A stretch of 64,000 nucleotides of DNA from Eledone cirrhosa (GCA_964016885.1 OZ024747.1:61814001-61878000), one strand, 5' to 3'; counted from the stretch's first letter, positions 29,364-40,788 are shown. A program made the numbers and translations. Notes: a model not told the origin generated them from the letters alone.

Positions 29364-29442
29364 AGTTTCACTTTGGAGGTGAATATTGCAACAGTTTCAC
29401 TTTGGAGGTGAATATTACTACAGTTTCACTTTGGAGGTGAAA
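29363..29442. repeat. Linker: about 2.8 copies of 29-bp CAGTTTCACTTTGGAGGTGAATATTGCAA
   Basis: Copies start at 29363, 29392 and 29421. Confidence 0.95.
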
Positions 29443-31440
29443 TTTCACAGTATTTATCAATCAGTACTACATTTCACAGTATGTATTAATCAGTACAAAT
29501 TAATACTGGTTAATATATCAGTACAAATTAGTACTGGCTAATATATACTACTGTGAAATATGGTACTGGGTGATAAATACTGTGAAATGTAGTACTAATT
29601 GATAAATACTGTGAAATGTAGTACTCATTGATAAATACTGTGAAATCTAGTACTGATTGATAAATACTGTGAAATGTAGTACTGATTGATAAATGCTGTG
29701 AAATGTAGTACTGGCTAATATATACTAGTGTGAAATGTAGTACTGGCTGTATTTATTAATCAGTACTACATTTCACAGTATTTATCAATCAGTACTACAT
29801 TTCTCAGCATTTATCAGTACTACATTTCACAGTACTTCTCAGCCAGTATTACATTTCACAGTAGTACATATTAGTCAGTACTACATTTCACAGCATTTAT
29901 CAATCAGTACTGCATTTCACAGTATTTATCAATCAGTACTACATTTTACAGTCTTTATCAGCCAGTACTACATTTCACAGTAGTATATATTAGCCAGTAC
30001 TACATTTAACAGCATTTATCAATCAGTACTACATTTCACAGTATTTATCAATTAGTACTACATTTCACAGTATTTATCAATCAGTACTACATTTCACAGT
30101 ATTTATCAATCAGTACTACATTTCACAGTATTTATTAATCAGTACTACATTTCACAGTAGTATATATTAGCCAGTACTACCTTTCACGTTATTTATCAAT
30201 CAGTACTACATTTCACAGTATTATATATTAGCCAGTACTACATTTCACAGTATTATATATCAGCGAGTACTACATTTCACAGTATTATATATCAGCCAGT
30301 ACTACATTTCACTGTATATATATCAGCCCGTGAAATGTAGTACTGATTGATAAATACTGTGAAATGTAGTACGGTTTGATAAATACTGTGAAATGTAGTA
30401 CTGGCTAATATATACTACTGTGAAATGTAGTACTGATTGATAAATACTGTGAAATGTAGTACTGATTGATAAATACTGTGAAATGTAGTACTGGCTAATA
30501 TATACTACTGTTAAATGTAGTACTGGCTGAAAATTCTGTGAAATGTAGTACTGATTAATAAATACTGTGAAATGTAGTACTGGCTAATATATAATACTGT
30601 GAAATGTAGCACGGATTGATAAATACTGTGAAATGTAGTACTGATTGATAAATACTGTGAAATGTAGTTCTGATTGATAAATACTGTGAAATGTAGTACT
30701 GGCTAATATATACTACTGTGAAATGTAGTACTGGCTGTATTTATTAATCAGTACTACATTTCACAGTATTTATCAATCAGTACTACATTTCACAGCATTT
30801 ATCAGTACTACATTTCACAGTACTTATCAGCCAGTATTACATTTCACAGTAGTATATATTAGTCAGTACTACATTTCACAGCATTTATCAATCAGTACTG
30901 CATTTCACAGTATTTATCAATCAGTACTACATTTCACAGTATTTATCAATCAGTACTACATTTCACAGTATTTATCAATCAGCCAGTACTACATTTCAAT
31001 GTATATATATCAGCCAGTACTACATTTCACAGTATTTATTAATCAGTACTAGATTTCACGGTAGTATATATTAGCCAGTACTACATTTCACAGTAGTATA
31101 TATTAGCCAGTACTACATTTCACAGCATTTAGTAGTGATTGCACTACTACAATTCACAGTATTTATCAGTCAGTACTTCATTTCACAGTATTATATATCA
31201 GCCAGTACTACGTTTCACAGCATTTATCAATCAGTACTACATTTCATGGTATTTATAAATCAGTATTTATCAGCCAGTACCACATTTCACAGTATTATAT
31301 ATCAGCCAGTACTACATTTCACAGTATTTATCAATCAGTACTACATTTCACAGTAGTATATACATTTCACAGTACTGCATTTCACAGTATATATCAATCA
31401 GTACTAGATTTCACAGTATTTATCAAATACTGTGAAATGC
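29443..31440. repeat. SatB (first array): 29-bp TACTACATTTCACAGTATTTATCAATCAG and 32-bp TACTACATTTCACAGTAGTATATATTAGCCAG monomers in alternating-orientation blocks
   Basis: Forward blocks (TACTACATTTCACAG) alternate with reverse blocks (CTGTGAAATGTAGTA). Confidence 0.97.
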
Positions 31441-32650
31441 AGACCCGGCTATGGGCTCGACCCGGCTATGGGCTCGCCCCGGCTATGGGCTCGACCCGGC
31501 TATGGGCTCAACTCGGTATGGGCTCGTCCCGGCTATGGGCTCGACCCGGCTATGGGCTCGACCCGGCTAGGGACTCGACCCGGCTAGGGGCTCGTCCCGG
31601 CTATGGGCTCCACCCGGCTATGGGCTCGACACGGCTATGGGCTCGACCCGGCTATGGGCTCGACCCCGCGATGTGCTCGACCCGGCTATGGGCTCGACCC
31701 GCTATGGGCTCGACCCGGCTATGGGCTCGTCCTAACGGTGGGCTCGACCCGTCTATGGGCTCGACCCGGCTATGGGCTCGACCCGGCTATGGGCTCGACT
31801 AAGATATGGGCTCGTCACGGCTATGGGCTCGACCCGGCTATGGGCTCGACCAGGCTATGGGCTAGTCCCGGCATTGTACTCGACCCGGATATGGGCTCGA
31901 CCCGGCTATGGGCTCGACCCGGCTAGAGGCTCGACCCGGCTAGGGGCTCGTCTCGGCTAGGGGCTCGTCTCGGATACGGGCTCGACCCGGTATGGGCTCA
32001 TCCCGGCTATGGGCTCGTCCCGGATATGGGCTCGTCCCGGCTATGGGCTCGACCCGGCTATGGGCTCGTCCCGGCCATGGGCTCGACCCGGCTATGGGCT
32101 CGTCCCGGCTATGGGCTCGACACGGCTATGGGCTCGACCCGGCTATGGGCTCGACCCGGCTATGGGCTCGACCCGGCTAGGGGCTCGTCTCGGCTATGGG
32201 CTCGACACGGCTATGGGCTCGACCCGGTTATGGGCTCGACCAGCTATGGGCTCGACCCGGCTATGGGAACGTCCTAACTATGGGCTCGACCCGGCTATGG
32301 GCTCGACCCGGCTATGGGCTCGACCCGGCAATGGACTCGTCCCGGTTATTGGCTCGTCCCGGCTATGGGCTCGTCCCGGCTATGGGCTCGACCCGGCTAT
32401 GGGCTCGTCCCGGCTATGGGCTCGACCCGGCTATGGGCTCGACCCGGCCATGGGCTCGACCCTGCTATGGGCTCGACCCGCCATGGGCTCGTCCCGACTA
32501 TGGGCTCGACCCGGCTATGGGCTTGTCCCGGCTTAGGGCTCGACCCGGCTATGGGCTCGACCCGGCTAAGGGCACGACCCGGCTATGGGCTCGACCCGGC
32601 TATCGGCTCGACCCGGCTATGGGCTCGTCCCGGCTATGGACTCGACCCGG
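31441..32650. repeat. SatC: 17-bp GC-rich satellite, consensus GGGCTCGACCCGGCTAT, about 71 monomers
   Basis: Clear 17-bp periodicity; monomers more divergent than SatA. Confidence 0.97.
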
Positions 32651-32983
32651 ACTCAGCCTCATTCTGGACTCAGCCTCGTTCTGGACTCAGCCTCGTTCTG
32701 GACGCAGCCTCGTTCTGGACGCAGCCTCGTTCTGGACTCAGCCTCGTTCTGGACTCAGCCTCGTTCTGGACGCAGCCTCGTTCTGGACGCAGCCTCGTTC
32801 TGGACTCAGCCTCGTTCTGGACGCAGCCTCGTTCTGGACGCAGCCTCGTTCTGGACTAAGCCTCGTTCTGGACGCAGCCTCGCTCTGGACGCAGCCTCGC
32901 TCTGGACGCAGCCTCGTTCTGGACGCAGCCTCGTTCTGGACGCAGCCTCGTTCTGGACGCAGCCTCGTTCTGGACGCAGCCTC
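32649..32983. repeat. Short second SatA array (about 20 monomers)
   Basis: GGAC(T/G)CAGCCTCGTTCT monomers, ending in the same ...CAGCCTC|AGTTTCAC junction as at 29363. Confidence 0.97.
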
Positions 32984-33062
32984 AGTTTCACTTTGGAGGT
33001 GAATATTGCACCAGTTTCACTTTGGAGGTGAATATTACAACAGTTTCACTTTGGAGGTGAAA
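32983..33062. repeat. Second copy of the 3x29-bp linker
   Basis: Near-identical to 29363-29442, offset 3,620 bp. Confidence 0.95.
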
Positions 33063-35893
33063 TTTCACAGTATTTATCAATCAGTACTACATTTGACAGT
33101 ATTTATTAATCAGTACAAATTAATACTGGTTAATATATCAGTACAAATTAGTACTGGTTAATATATACTACTGTGAAATGTAGTACTGGCTGATAAATAC
33201 TGTGAAATGTAGTACTGATTAATAAATACTGTGAAATGTAGTTAGTACTGATTGATAACTACTGTGAAATGTAGTACTGGCTAATATATACTACTGTGAA
33301 ATATAGTACTGGGTGATAAATACTGTGAAATGTAGTACTAATTGATAAATACTGTGAAATGTAGTACTCATTGATAAATACTGTGAAATCTAGTACTGAT
33401 TGATAAATGCTGTGAAATGTAGTACTGGCTAATATATACTAGTGTGAAATGTAGTACTGGCTATATTTATTAATCAGTACTACATTTCACAGTATTTATC
33501 AATCAGTACTACATTTCACAGCATTTATCAGTACTACATTTCACAGTACTTATCAGCCAGTATCACATTTCACAGTAGTATATATTAGTCAGTACTACAT
33601 TTCACAGCATTTATCAATCAGTACTGCATTTAACAGTATTTATCAATCAGTACTACATTTTACAGTCTTTATCAGCCAGTACTACATTTCACAGTAGTAT
33701 ATATTAGCCAGTACTACATTTAACAGCATTTATCAATCAGTACTACATTTCACAGTATTTATCAATTAGTACTACATTTCACAGTATTTATCAATCAGTA
33801 CTACATTTCACAGTAGTATATATTAGCCAGTACTACCTTTCACATTATTTATCAATCAGTACTACATTTCACAGTATTATATATTAGCCAGTACTACATT
33901 TCACAGTATTATATATCAGCGAGTACTACATTTCACAGTATTATATATCAGCCAGTACTACATTTCACTGTATATATATCAGCCCGTGAAATGTAGTACT
34001 GATTGATAAATACTGTGAAATGTAGTACGGATTGATAAATACTGTGAAATGTAGTACTGGCTAATATATACTACTGTGAAATGTAGTACTGACTGATAAA
34101 TACTGTGAAATGTAGTACTGATTGATAAATACTGTGAAATGTAGTACTGATTGATAAATACTGTGAAATGTAGTACTGATTGATAAATACTGTGAAATGT
34201 AGTACTGGCTAATATATACTACTGTTAAATGTAGTACTGGCTGATAAATTCTGTGAAATGTAGTACTGATTAATAAATACTGTGAAATGTAGTACTGGCT
34301 AATATATAATACTGTGAAATGTAGTACTGATTGATAAATACTGTGAAATGTAGTACTGATTAATAAATACTGTGAAATGTAGTACTGATTAATAAATACT
34401 GTGAAATGTAGTACTGATTAATAAATACTGTGAAATGTAGTACTGATTAATAAATACTGTGAAATGTAGTACTGATTGATAAATACTGTGAAATGTAGTT
34501 CTGATTGATAAATACTGTGAAATGTAGTACTGATTGATAAATGCTGTGAAATGTAGTACTGGCTAATATATACTACTGTGAAATGTAGTACTGACTGATA
34601 AATACTGTGAAATGTAGTACTGATTGATAAATACTGTGAAATGTAGTACTGGCTAATATATACTACTGTTAAATGTAGTAGTGGCTGATAAATTCTGTGA
34701 AATGTAGTACTGATTAATAAATACTGTGAAATGTAGTACTGATTGATAAATACTGTGAAATGTAGTACTGATTAATAAATACTGTGAAATGTAGTTCTGA
34801 TTGATAAATACTGTGAAATGTAGTACTGGCTAATATATACTACTGTGAAATGTAGTACTGGCTGTATTTATTAATCAGTACTACATTTCACAGTATTTAT
34901 CAATCAGTACTACATTTTACAGTCTTTATCAGCCAGTACTACATTTCACAGTAGTATATATTAGCCAGTACTACATTTAACAGCATTTATCAATCAGTAC
35001 TACATTTCACAGTATTTATCAATTAGTACTACATTTCACAGTATTTATCAATCAGTACTACATTTCACAGTAGTATATATTAGCCAGTACTACCTTTCAC
35101 ATTATTTATCAATCAGTACTACATTTCACAGTATTATATATTAGCCAGTACTACATTTCACAGTATTATATATCAGCGAGTACTACATTTCACAGTATTA
35201 TATATCAGCCAGTACTACATTTCACAGTATTATATATCAGCCAGTACTACATTTCACTGTATATATATCAGCCCGTGAAATGTAGTACTGATTAATAAAT
35301 ACCGTGAAATGTAGTACTGATTGATAAATGCTGTGAAATGTAGTACTGGCTAATATATACTACTGTTAAATGTAGTACTGGCTGATAAATACTGTGAAAT
35401 GTAATACTGATTAATAAATACTGTGAAATGTAGTACTAATTGATAAATACTGTGAAATGTAGTACTGATTGATAAATACTGTGAAATGTAGTACTGATTG
35501 ATAAATACTGTGAAATGTAGTTCTGATTGATAAATACTGTGAAATGTAGTACTGGCTAATATATACTACTGTGAAATGTAGTACTGGCTGTATTTATTAA
35601 TCAGTACTACATTTCACAGTATTTATCAATCAGTACTACATTTCACAGTATTTATCAATCAGCCAGTACTACATTTCACAGTATTTATCAATCAGCCAGT
35701 ACTACATTTCACAGTATTTATCAGCCAGTACTACATTTCACAGTAGTTATCAATCAGTACTACATTTCACAGTAGTTAATACCAATACTGTCATTGTTGT
35801 TGTTATTGTTGCTGTTGTCACTGTTGTAGTTGATGGTGTGGCTGATGTTGATATTATTGTTATTGTAATACATTTCACAGTATTTATCAATCA
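33063..35893. repeat. SatB (second array), alternating inverted blocks, with a (GTT)n-like insert at about 35790-35866
   Basis: Same monomers and same inversion-junction sequences as the first SatB array. Confidence 0.97.
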
Positions 35894-35894
35894 A

Positions 35895-36267
35895 TAGTAT
35901 ACTGGGTTTCAATCGAGCGTTTGAGGCCACCAAGAAACTTTGGATTGCACTTTGAATCACTTCGAGTCTTGTGTTCTTTTCTATCAATCTTTCCCTCTTC
36001 TTTAAATTGTTTATACATACAGTAAACTGTTGCTTTTGGAAGTTTCGTCAACTTAACAACTTTATTGCCAGTGTGCCTGGTGCGCACCAAAACAACAATG
36101 GCGGAATGATTCTGTTGTTCAATGAGATTCTGTTGTCTAATCAGTTCGCTATTTACTTGAAAAATAAAGAGGATTAGATTTTCAAGCAAGCTTTTGTAAA
36201 AAAATGAAATGTTAAACCCATTAAGTCAACTGCTTAAAATTGGTCTAAATTTATCTGCAAGACCCTG
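35895..36267 (-). mobile_element. Truncated Tc1/mariner-superfamily DNA transposon: one terminus plus the N-terminal HTH part of the transposase
   Basis: Minus strand starts TA|CAGGGTCTTGCAGATAAA (TA at 36268-36269). The frame reads (I)EQQNHSAIVVLVRTRHTGNKVVKLTKLPKATVYCMYKQFKEEGKIDRKEHKTRSD, matching the 'I..L...G......I...L.....TVY......F.E.G' pattern of Tc1-type HTH domains. The likely ATG is now ATT at 36121-36123. Confidence 0.75.
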
Positions 36268-36324
36268 TACTTTACAGCAGAATTCAGTTATCAAATTTGC
36301 TATATCTGTGTGTATTCTAGTTTC

Positions 36325-36490
36325 AGTACTTGGACATAACTTAGACCAGTATTTAGACATAGCATAACCCTATACTTGGATATAACTTAGACCAGTAAGA
36401 CTGGACATAACTTAGCCCTACAATTAGATATATGTTAGCCCTGTACTTAGACATAAATTAATACTTTACTTAGAAATAAATTGGACCATT
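36325..36490. repeat. Degenerate minisatellite (TACTTGGACATAACTTAGACCAG-like, about 23-bp units)
   Basis: Recurrent GACATAACTTAG(A/C)CC motifs. Confidence 0.6.
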
Positions 36491-36650
36491 CATGAGGCTT
36501 TGGTAGAGTGCTGTGTGACTGAATGTGGAACTGTGGTTGTTAACCACACAGCCATGCCTGCATAGGGGAAATAAATTAATAGGTACTGGGAATGAGAATC
36601 TTCCTGAGATATATTATTATCAATCATCATCATTTAACATCTTATTTTCC

Positions 36651-36760
36651 ATGGCTCAGTGGTTAGAGAGTTGGATTTGCAATCGTGAGGATGTGAGTTA
36701 GTTTAATTCTTGGACCGGGTGATGTGTTGTATCCTTGAGCAAGACACTTTATTTCACGTT
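36651..36760 (+). mobile_element. tRNA-derived CORE-type SINE fragment
   Basis: A-box TGGCTCAGTGG, degenerate B-box, then GTGTTGTATCCTTGAGCAAGACACTT resembling the CORE-SINE domain (TGTGACCTTGGGCAAGTCACTT). Confidence 0.7.
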
Positions 36761-37382
36761 TCTTCTGCCAGGAATTGAGACTGATAAATAGTATCAGCAA
36801 TGGAAAGACCATCTAAAACATTGTTTCCTTGGTGCGATTTTACCCCACTCGGCAAGCAAATGAGGTCTGGGATGTTGTTAATCGTTTTAAGAGAGAAAGC
36901 ATGGGTGAGACATGTCGTCCATGCTATGAGACAAGTCTGGCCATTTGACCGTGCCATACCTTGCTGACATTTTTACAACTGGATGTCCTTTCTAACACAC
37001 TTATCTATATATATAAATAAGCTAAGATGCTGAGTGGATTAAATGAGAGTAATGTAGTTGTGCCATTTATAATGTTGATTGAAATTACAATGATAAGAAG
37101 TAACCTGAAACATTTGGCCTGTATTTCTTTTTCTTTTGAAATCAATTTCAGAAAACTAAAATGTAATTACTAGATCATTAAATACACGATTGTCCGATTG
37201 CACGATGAATTTTCATTGGCGTTCCACCAACTCATTATTCCAGTGGAGAAGTTAGTAGGTTTATGGTGATGAAACCGCTGATCTCTCTCTCTCTCGACAC
37301 AGCAAAAGAATGCGAACATTTGCTTCTGCCATGTTGAAACAACAAACTAATTATAATAGCCAACTTCTTAACATAAGAGTGA

Positions 37383-37577
37383 GTTAAACCATTGACAATG
37401 TATTTCATTAGAAATATGGTAGTAAAAGGGTCAAACCATAGACAGTGTCTTTCATTAGAAATATGGTAACAAAAGGGTCAAACCATTGACAATGTATTTC
37501 ATGAGAAATATGGTAACAAAAGGGTTAAATCTTAGGCAGTGTCTTTTATTAGAAATATGGTAGAAAAAGGGTTTAAA
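37383..37577. repeat. 47-bp minisatellite, 4 copies, each ending ...ATTAGAAATATGGTAACAAAAGGGT(T/C)AA
   Basis: Direct tandem copies visible in the sequence. Confidence 0.85.
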
Positions 37578-37587
37578 GTGTTAAATA

Positions 37588-37628
37588 AAGAAGACCAACA
37601 AGAACAACATGTAAAAATACAGTTTATT
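37588..37628 (-). promoter_or_regulatory. Candidate polyadenylation signal of a minus-strand transcript
   Basis: AATAAA (plus strand TTTATT, 37623-37628) followed on the minus strand by a GU-rich tract TGTTGTTCTTGTTGGTCTTCTT. Confidence 0.3.
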
Positions 37629-37954
37629 CTGTGAAATATAGAGAAAACTAAATTCCACAGATCTAATAATGATATATGACAAGAAATTTTTGATAGTGTA
37701 TACAGCGAGAAGTGGAAAAGGCATCACTAAAAAATGGAACTAACTGCACTGGTGTCTTTGATTGCAGATATCTTCCAGAGACAATGAAGTCAGAAGAATG
37801 TAAGAGATTCTTTTAATGAAAAGAAAAAAAAAGTCTGAACTGTGCAGATTTTTGTTGAAATCCTAGCACTGGAGATCTTCATTTTGAGGAAATATATATA
37901 TACTCAGATTCAATATGGAAATTATAACAATTGCACTTCTTCATATTAAACTGC

Positions 37955-38305
37955 TTTTACCCTATCTCAACACAGCCCCCATTGGTCACTAATCACCATG
38001 GTTTTGCACCTAGAAAGTTTCCCTCTGAGGAACAAGCCTGGGCAAGGTTTGTTTGTGGAAGACCAGCAATCAACAATGCATAACAGTCTCTCCTCTCCCC
38101 ACCACTGATGTTGTCCAAGGGAAAGGCAATGGCCAATACAACTTGACACCAGTGATGTTGCAACTCATTTCTACAGCTGAGGGAACTGGAGTAATGTGAA
38201 ATAAAGTGTCTTACTCAAGGCAACAACACATCACTCGGTCCGAGAATCAAACTCGCAACCTCTCAATTGCAAGCCTAACACTAACCACTAAGCTATGTGC
38301 CTTCA
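37955..38305 (-). mobile_element. tRNA-derived CORE-type SINE
   Basis: Reverse-complement head (TAACCACTAAGCTATGTGCCTTCAC) and CORE (AAGTGTCTTACTCAAGGCAACAACAC); the 3' boundary is approximate. Confidence 0.65.
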
Positions 38306-38324
38306 CACACAAAGACACACAAAA

Positions 38325-38521
38325 GCCAATAGAATGGAGGAAGGAAACCATTTCTATTGGTCTTTCTATTGATACTATCTGTCGATTGCAACTCCTGTAG
38401 AAAGAGCAGCATGATATAAGCATCTTACTCAAGAACACAATGCACTGCCCAGCTCAGGAATGAAACACACAGCCTTATGATCATGTGTCCAACACTAACC
38501 ACTAGACCACGTGCCTTCACT
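38325..38521 (-). mobile_element. tRNA-derived CORE-type SINE (same subfamily as 54490-54676)
   Basis: TCTTACTCAAGAACACAA...CTAACCACTAGACCACGTGCCTTCAC; tail shared with the 54.5-kb copy. Confidence 0.65.
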
Positions 38522-38712
38522 TACACACACAAACACACATGTGAAAAACATGGATGGCAGAGTGAAATAGACATCAGAATATCATCCCCAGGATCAGTAA
38601 TCAGTAGTCCATATTTCACATCACACAACATGGTGGTGTGGAGTGCCCTTCGCTAAAATACCAAACTCTCAAATTGCCTGGATCACTTTACCAGAAATGG
38701 ATATTTATTTAA

Positions 38713-38917
38713 CCCTTTAGCATTTAAACCGGCTGTATCTGGAGTTCTTTCACCTCTCTGTTCAAACCAGCCACTCATACGTATGTTAAGGTATTGTTCT
38801 CAAAATAAATAATATCAAAATCTCATAGATTCGATATTATATGAGATAATTATGTGAAGTAAAGCCTTGATTGTGAAAATATAATATTAAATATAGAGTA
38901 ATGGAAATGCAAAAGGG
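38713..38917. mobile_element. piggyBac-like non-autonomous element (MITE)
   Basis: TTAA|CCCTTTAGCATTT ... AAATGCAAAAGGG|TTAA: 13-bp TIRs (12/13 match) with TTAA duplications at 38709-38712 and 38918-38921. Confidence 0.8.
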
Positions 38918-39057
38918 TTAATTGCCTTATGGCAGCTGTTTTTTAAAAATATTACCGCAGGCCTCATTGATGATGTAGAAACAGTATATACTTTTTATTT
39001 ATATTATGGAATATATTTGAGTGTTGACATAATACACCATGTTGCATCAACCAGAGT

Positions 39058-39200
39058 GTCAACACAACACAGTACCTGTAAACACAACACAGTACCTGTA
39101 AACACAACACTGTATGTATCAACACAACACAGTATCTGTAAACACAACACAATGTGTCAGTCAACATAACACAATGTGTCAGTCAACATAACACAATGTG
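39058..39200. repeat. 20-22-bp minisatellite (AAACACAACACAGTACCTGT and CAACATAACACAATGTGTCAGT)
   Basis: Direct tandem copies. Confidence 0.85.
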
Positions 39201-39997
39201 TGTTTTAAAAATAAAATAAGAATTTACCTCTTCTTATCTTGCAGGAAGCTGAAGTTTAAAGAAAATATCTCTTAAAACTCACCTCTGGAGAAAGTACTTA
39301 TCTAGTCGATCACCAGTAAGTTAACCTGGTAGAAACAATCTCTCTTTAGACTTGACTAGAATGGGACTTGAAGGCTCAAGCAGAAATAATAAGCATATCA
39401 GGCCATAGACTTGGCTCTTTGAGAGCTTACAATAACATTAAACACTTCCATTTGCTGGTTAAACATAGATTGTATTAACCACTGATAAGAAATTGTAGTA
39501 TATGTAAAGCATTTCTTTTAAAATATAAGCATAGGAGACTGATGTAAGCCACAACATCGCTGAAGATAGACAAAAATAACTTTAATATTTCAGCTTTAAT
39601 AACTCATTTGAAATAACTGAAGCTTATTAAATCTCAAATATTAAATAGATTATTTTACCTCCTTTTTTTTTTATCACTGTGGTGGCTTTCACACTTTTTC
39701 TTTATTCATATTACCTCCAGTGTGTAAAGTTACACTATAATCAAGTGTCAAATATAAGACATGTTTTGGTCTCTACAAATGGTGCAGTTGCAGTTATATT
39801 CCTGCTTTTATGTTACAGTTGTCTTCAACACAACAGCATCTGGATGTTATGGCAGCATCTGTGATTAGCATTGTAGTCATGTCAATGTAATTCTTTCTCT
39901 TTCTCACATGTACACACAATGGCAGATAATGAGGAGCATCATCACCACCATTTTACATCTATATTTCCATGCTGGCATAAATTAGATGGGCTGTTAC

Positions 39998-40788
39998 TGA
40001 CCAAGTCAGTAATTGGAGTTAGTGTCTTAAGATGAGCCAGGGTTGTCACAGATCAAGTCAGTATTTAATTGGAGTTAGTGTCTTACTAGTTGAGCCAAGG
40101 TTGTCACAGACCAGGTCAGTATTTAACTGGAGTTACTAGTTGAGCCAGGCTTGTCACAGATCAGGTCAGTATTTAACTGGAGTTAGTGTCTTACTAGTTG
40201 AGCCAGAGTTGTCACAGATCAGGTCAGTATTTAACTGGAGTTAGTGTCTTACTAGTTGAGCCAGAGTTGTCACAGATCAGGTCAGTATTTAACTGGAGTT
40301 AGTGTCTTACTAGTTGAGCCAGAGTTGTCACAGATCAGGTCAGTATTTAACTGGAGTTAGTGTCTTACTAGTTGAGCCAGGCTTGTCACAGATCAGGTCA
40401 GTATTTAACTGGAGTTAGTGTCTTACTAGTTGAGCCAGGGTTGTCACAGATCAGGTCAGTATTCAACTGGAGTTAGAGTCTTACTAGTTGAGCCAGGGTT
40501 GTCACAGATCAGGTCAGTATTCAACTGGAGTTAGTGTCTTGCTTGTTGAGCCAGGGTTGTAACAGATCAGGTCAGTATTTAATTGGAGTTAGTGTCTTAC
40601 TAGTTGAGCCAGGCTTGTCACAGATCAGGTCAGTATTTAACTGGAGTTAGTGTCTTACTAGTTGAGCCAGGCTTGTCACAGATCAGGTCAGTATTTAACT
40701 GGAGTTAGTGTCTTACTAGTTGAACCAGGGTTGTCACAGATCAGGTCAGTATTTAATTGGAGTTAGTGTCTTACGAGATGAGCCAGGG
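39998..40788. repeat. 58-bp minisatellite ACAGATCAGGTCAGTATTTAACTGGAGTTAGTGTCTTACTAGTTGAGCCAGGGTTGTC, about 13-14 copies
   Basis: 58-bp period, e.g. 40214 and 40272. Confidence 0.97.

Noticed and set aside
3-33031. Long ORFs with WTQPRSGLSLVLDSASF, MGSTRLWARPGYGLDPA or SRTRLSPERG repeats
   Set aside because: Translations of 17-bp satellites; the same peptide appears in all frames, indels are tolerated and there is no gene structure.
29443-35893. CRISPR-like appearance of SatB (constant core plus variable segment)
   Set aside because: Variable segments are only a few recurring 14-17-bp variants rather than unique spacers; there are no cas genes and the context is eukaryotic.
36651-36730. tRNA gene
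   Set aside because: A-box present but no cloverleaf, and followed by a CORE-like domain, so it is a SINE head.
39283-39481. Possible minus-strand exon (CAG acceptor, GTGAGT donor) reading WLIQSMFNQQMEVFNVIVSSQRAKSMA*
   Set aside because: Internal stop, no recognisable homology, and RIC1 already terminates at 53804.
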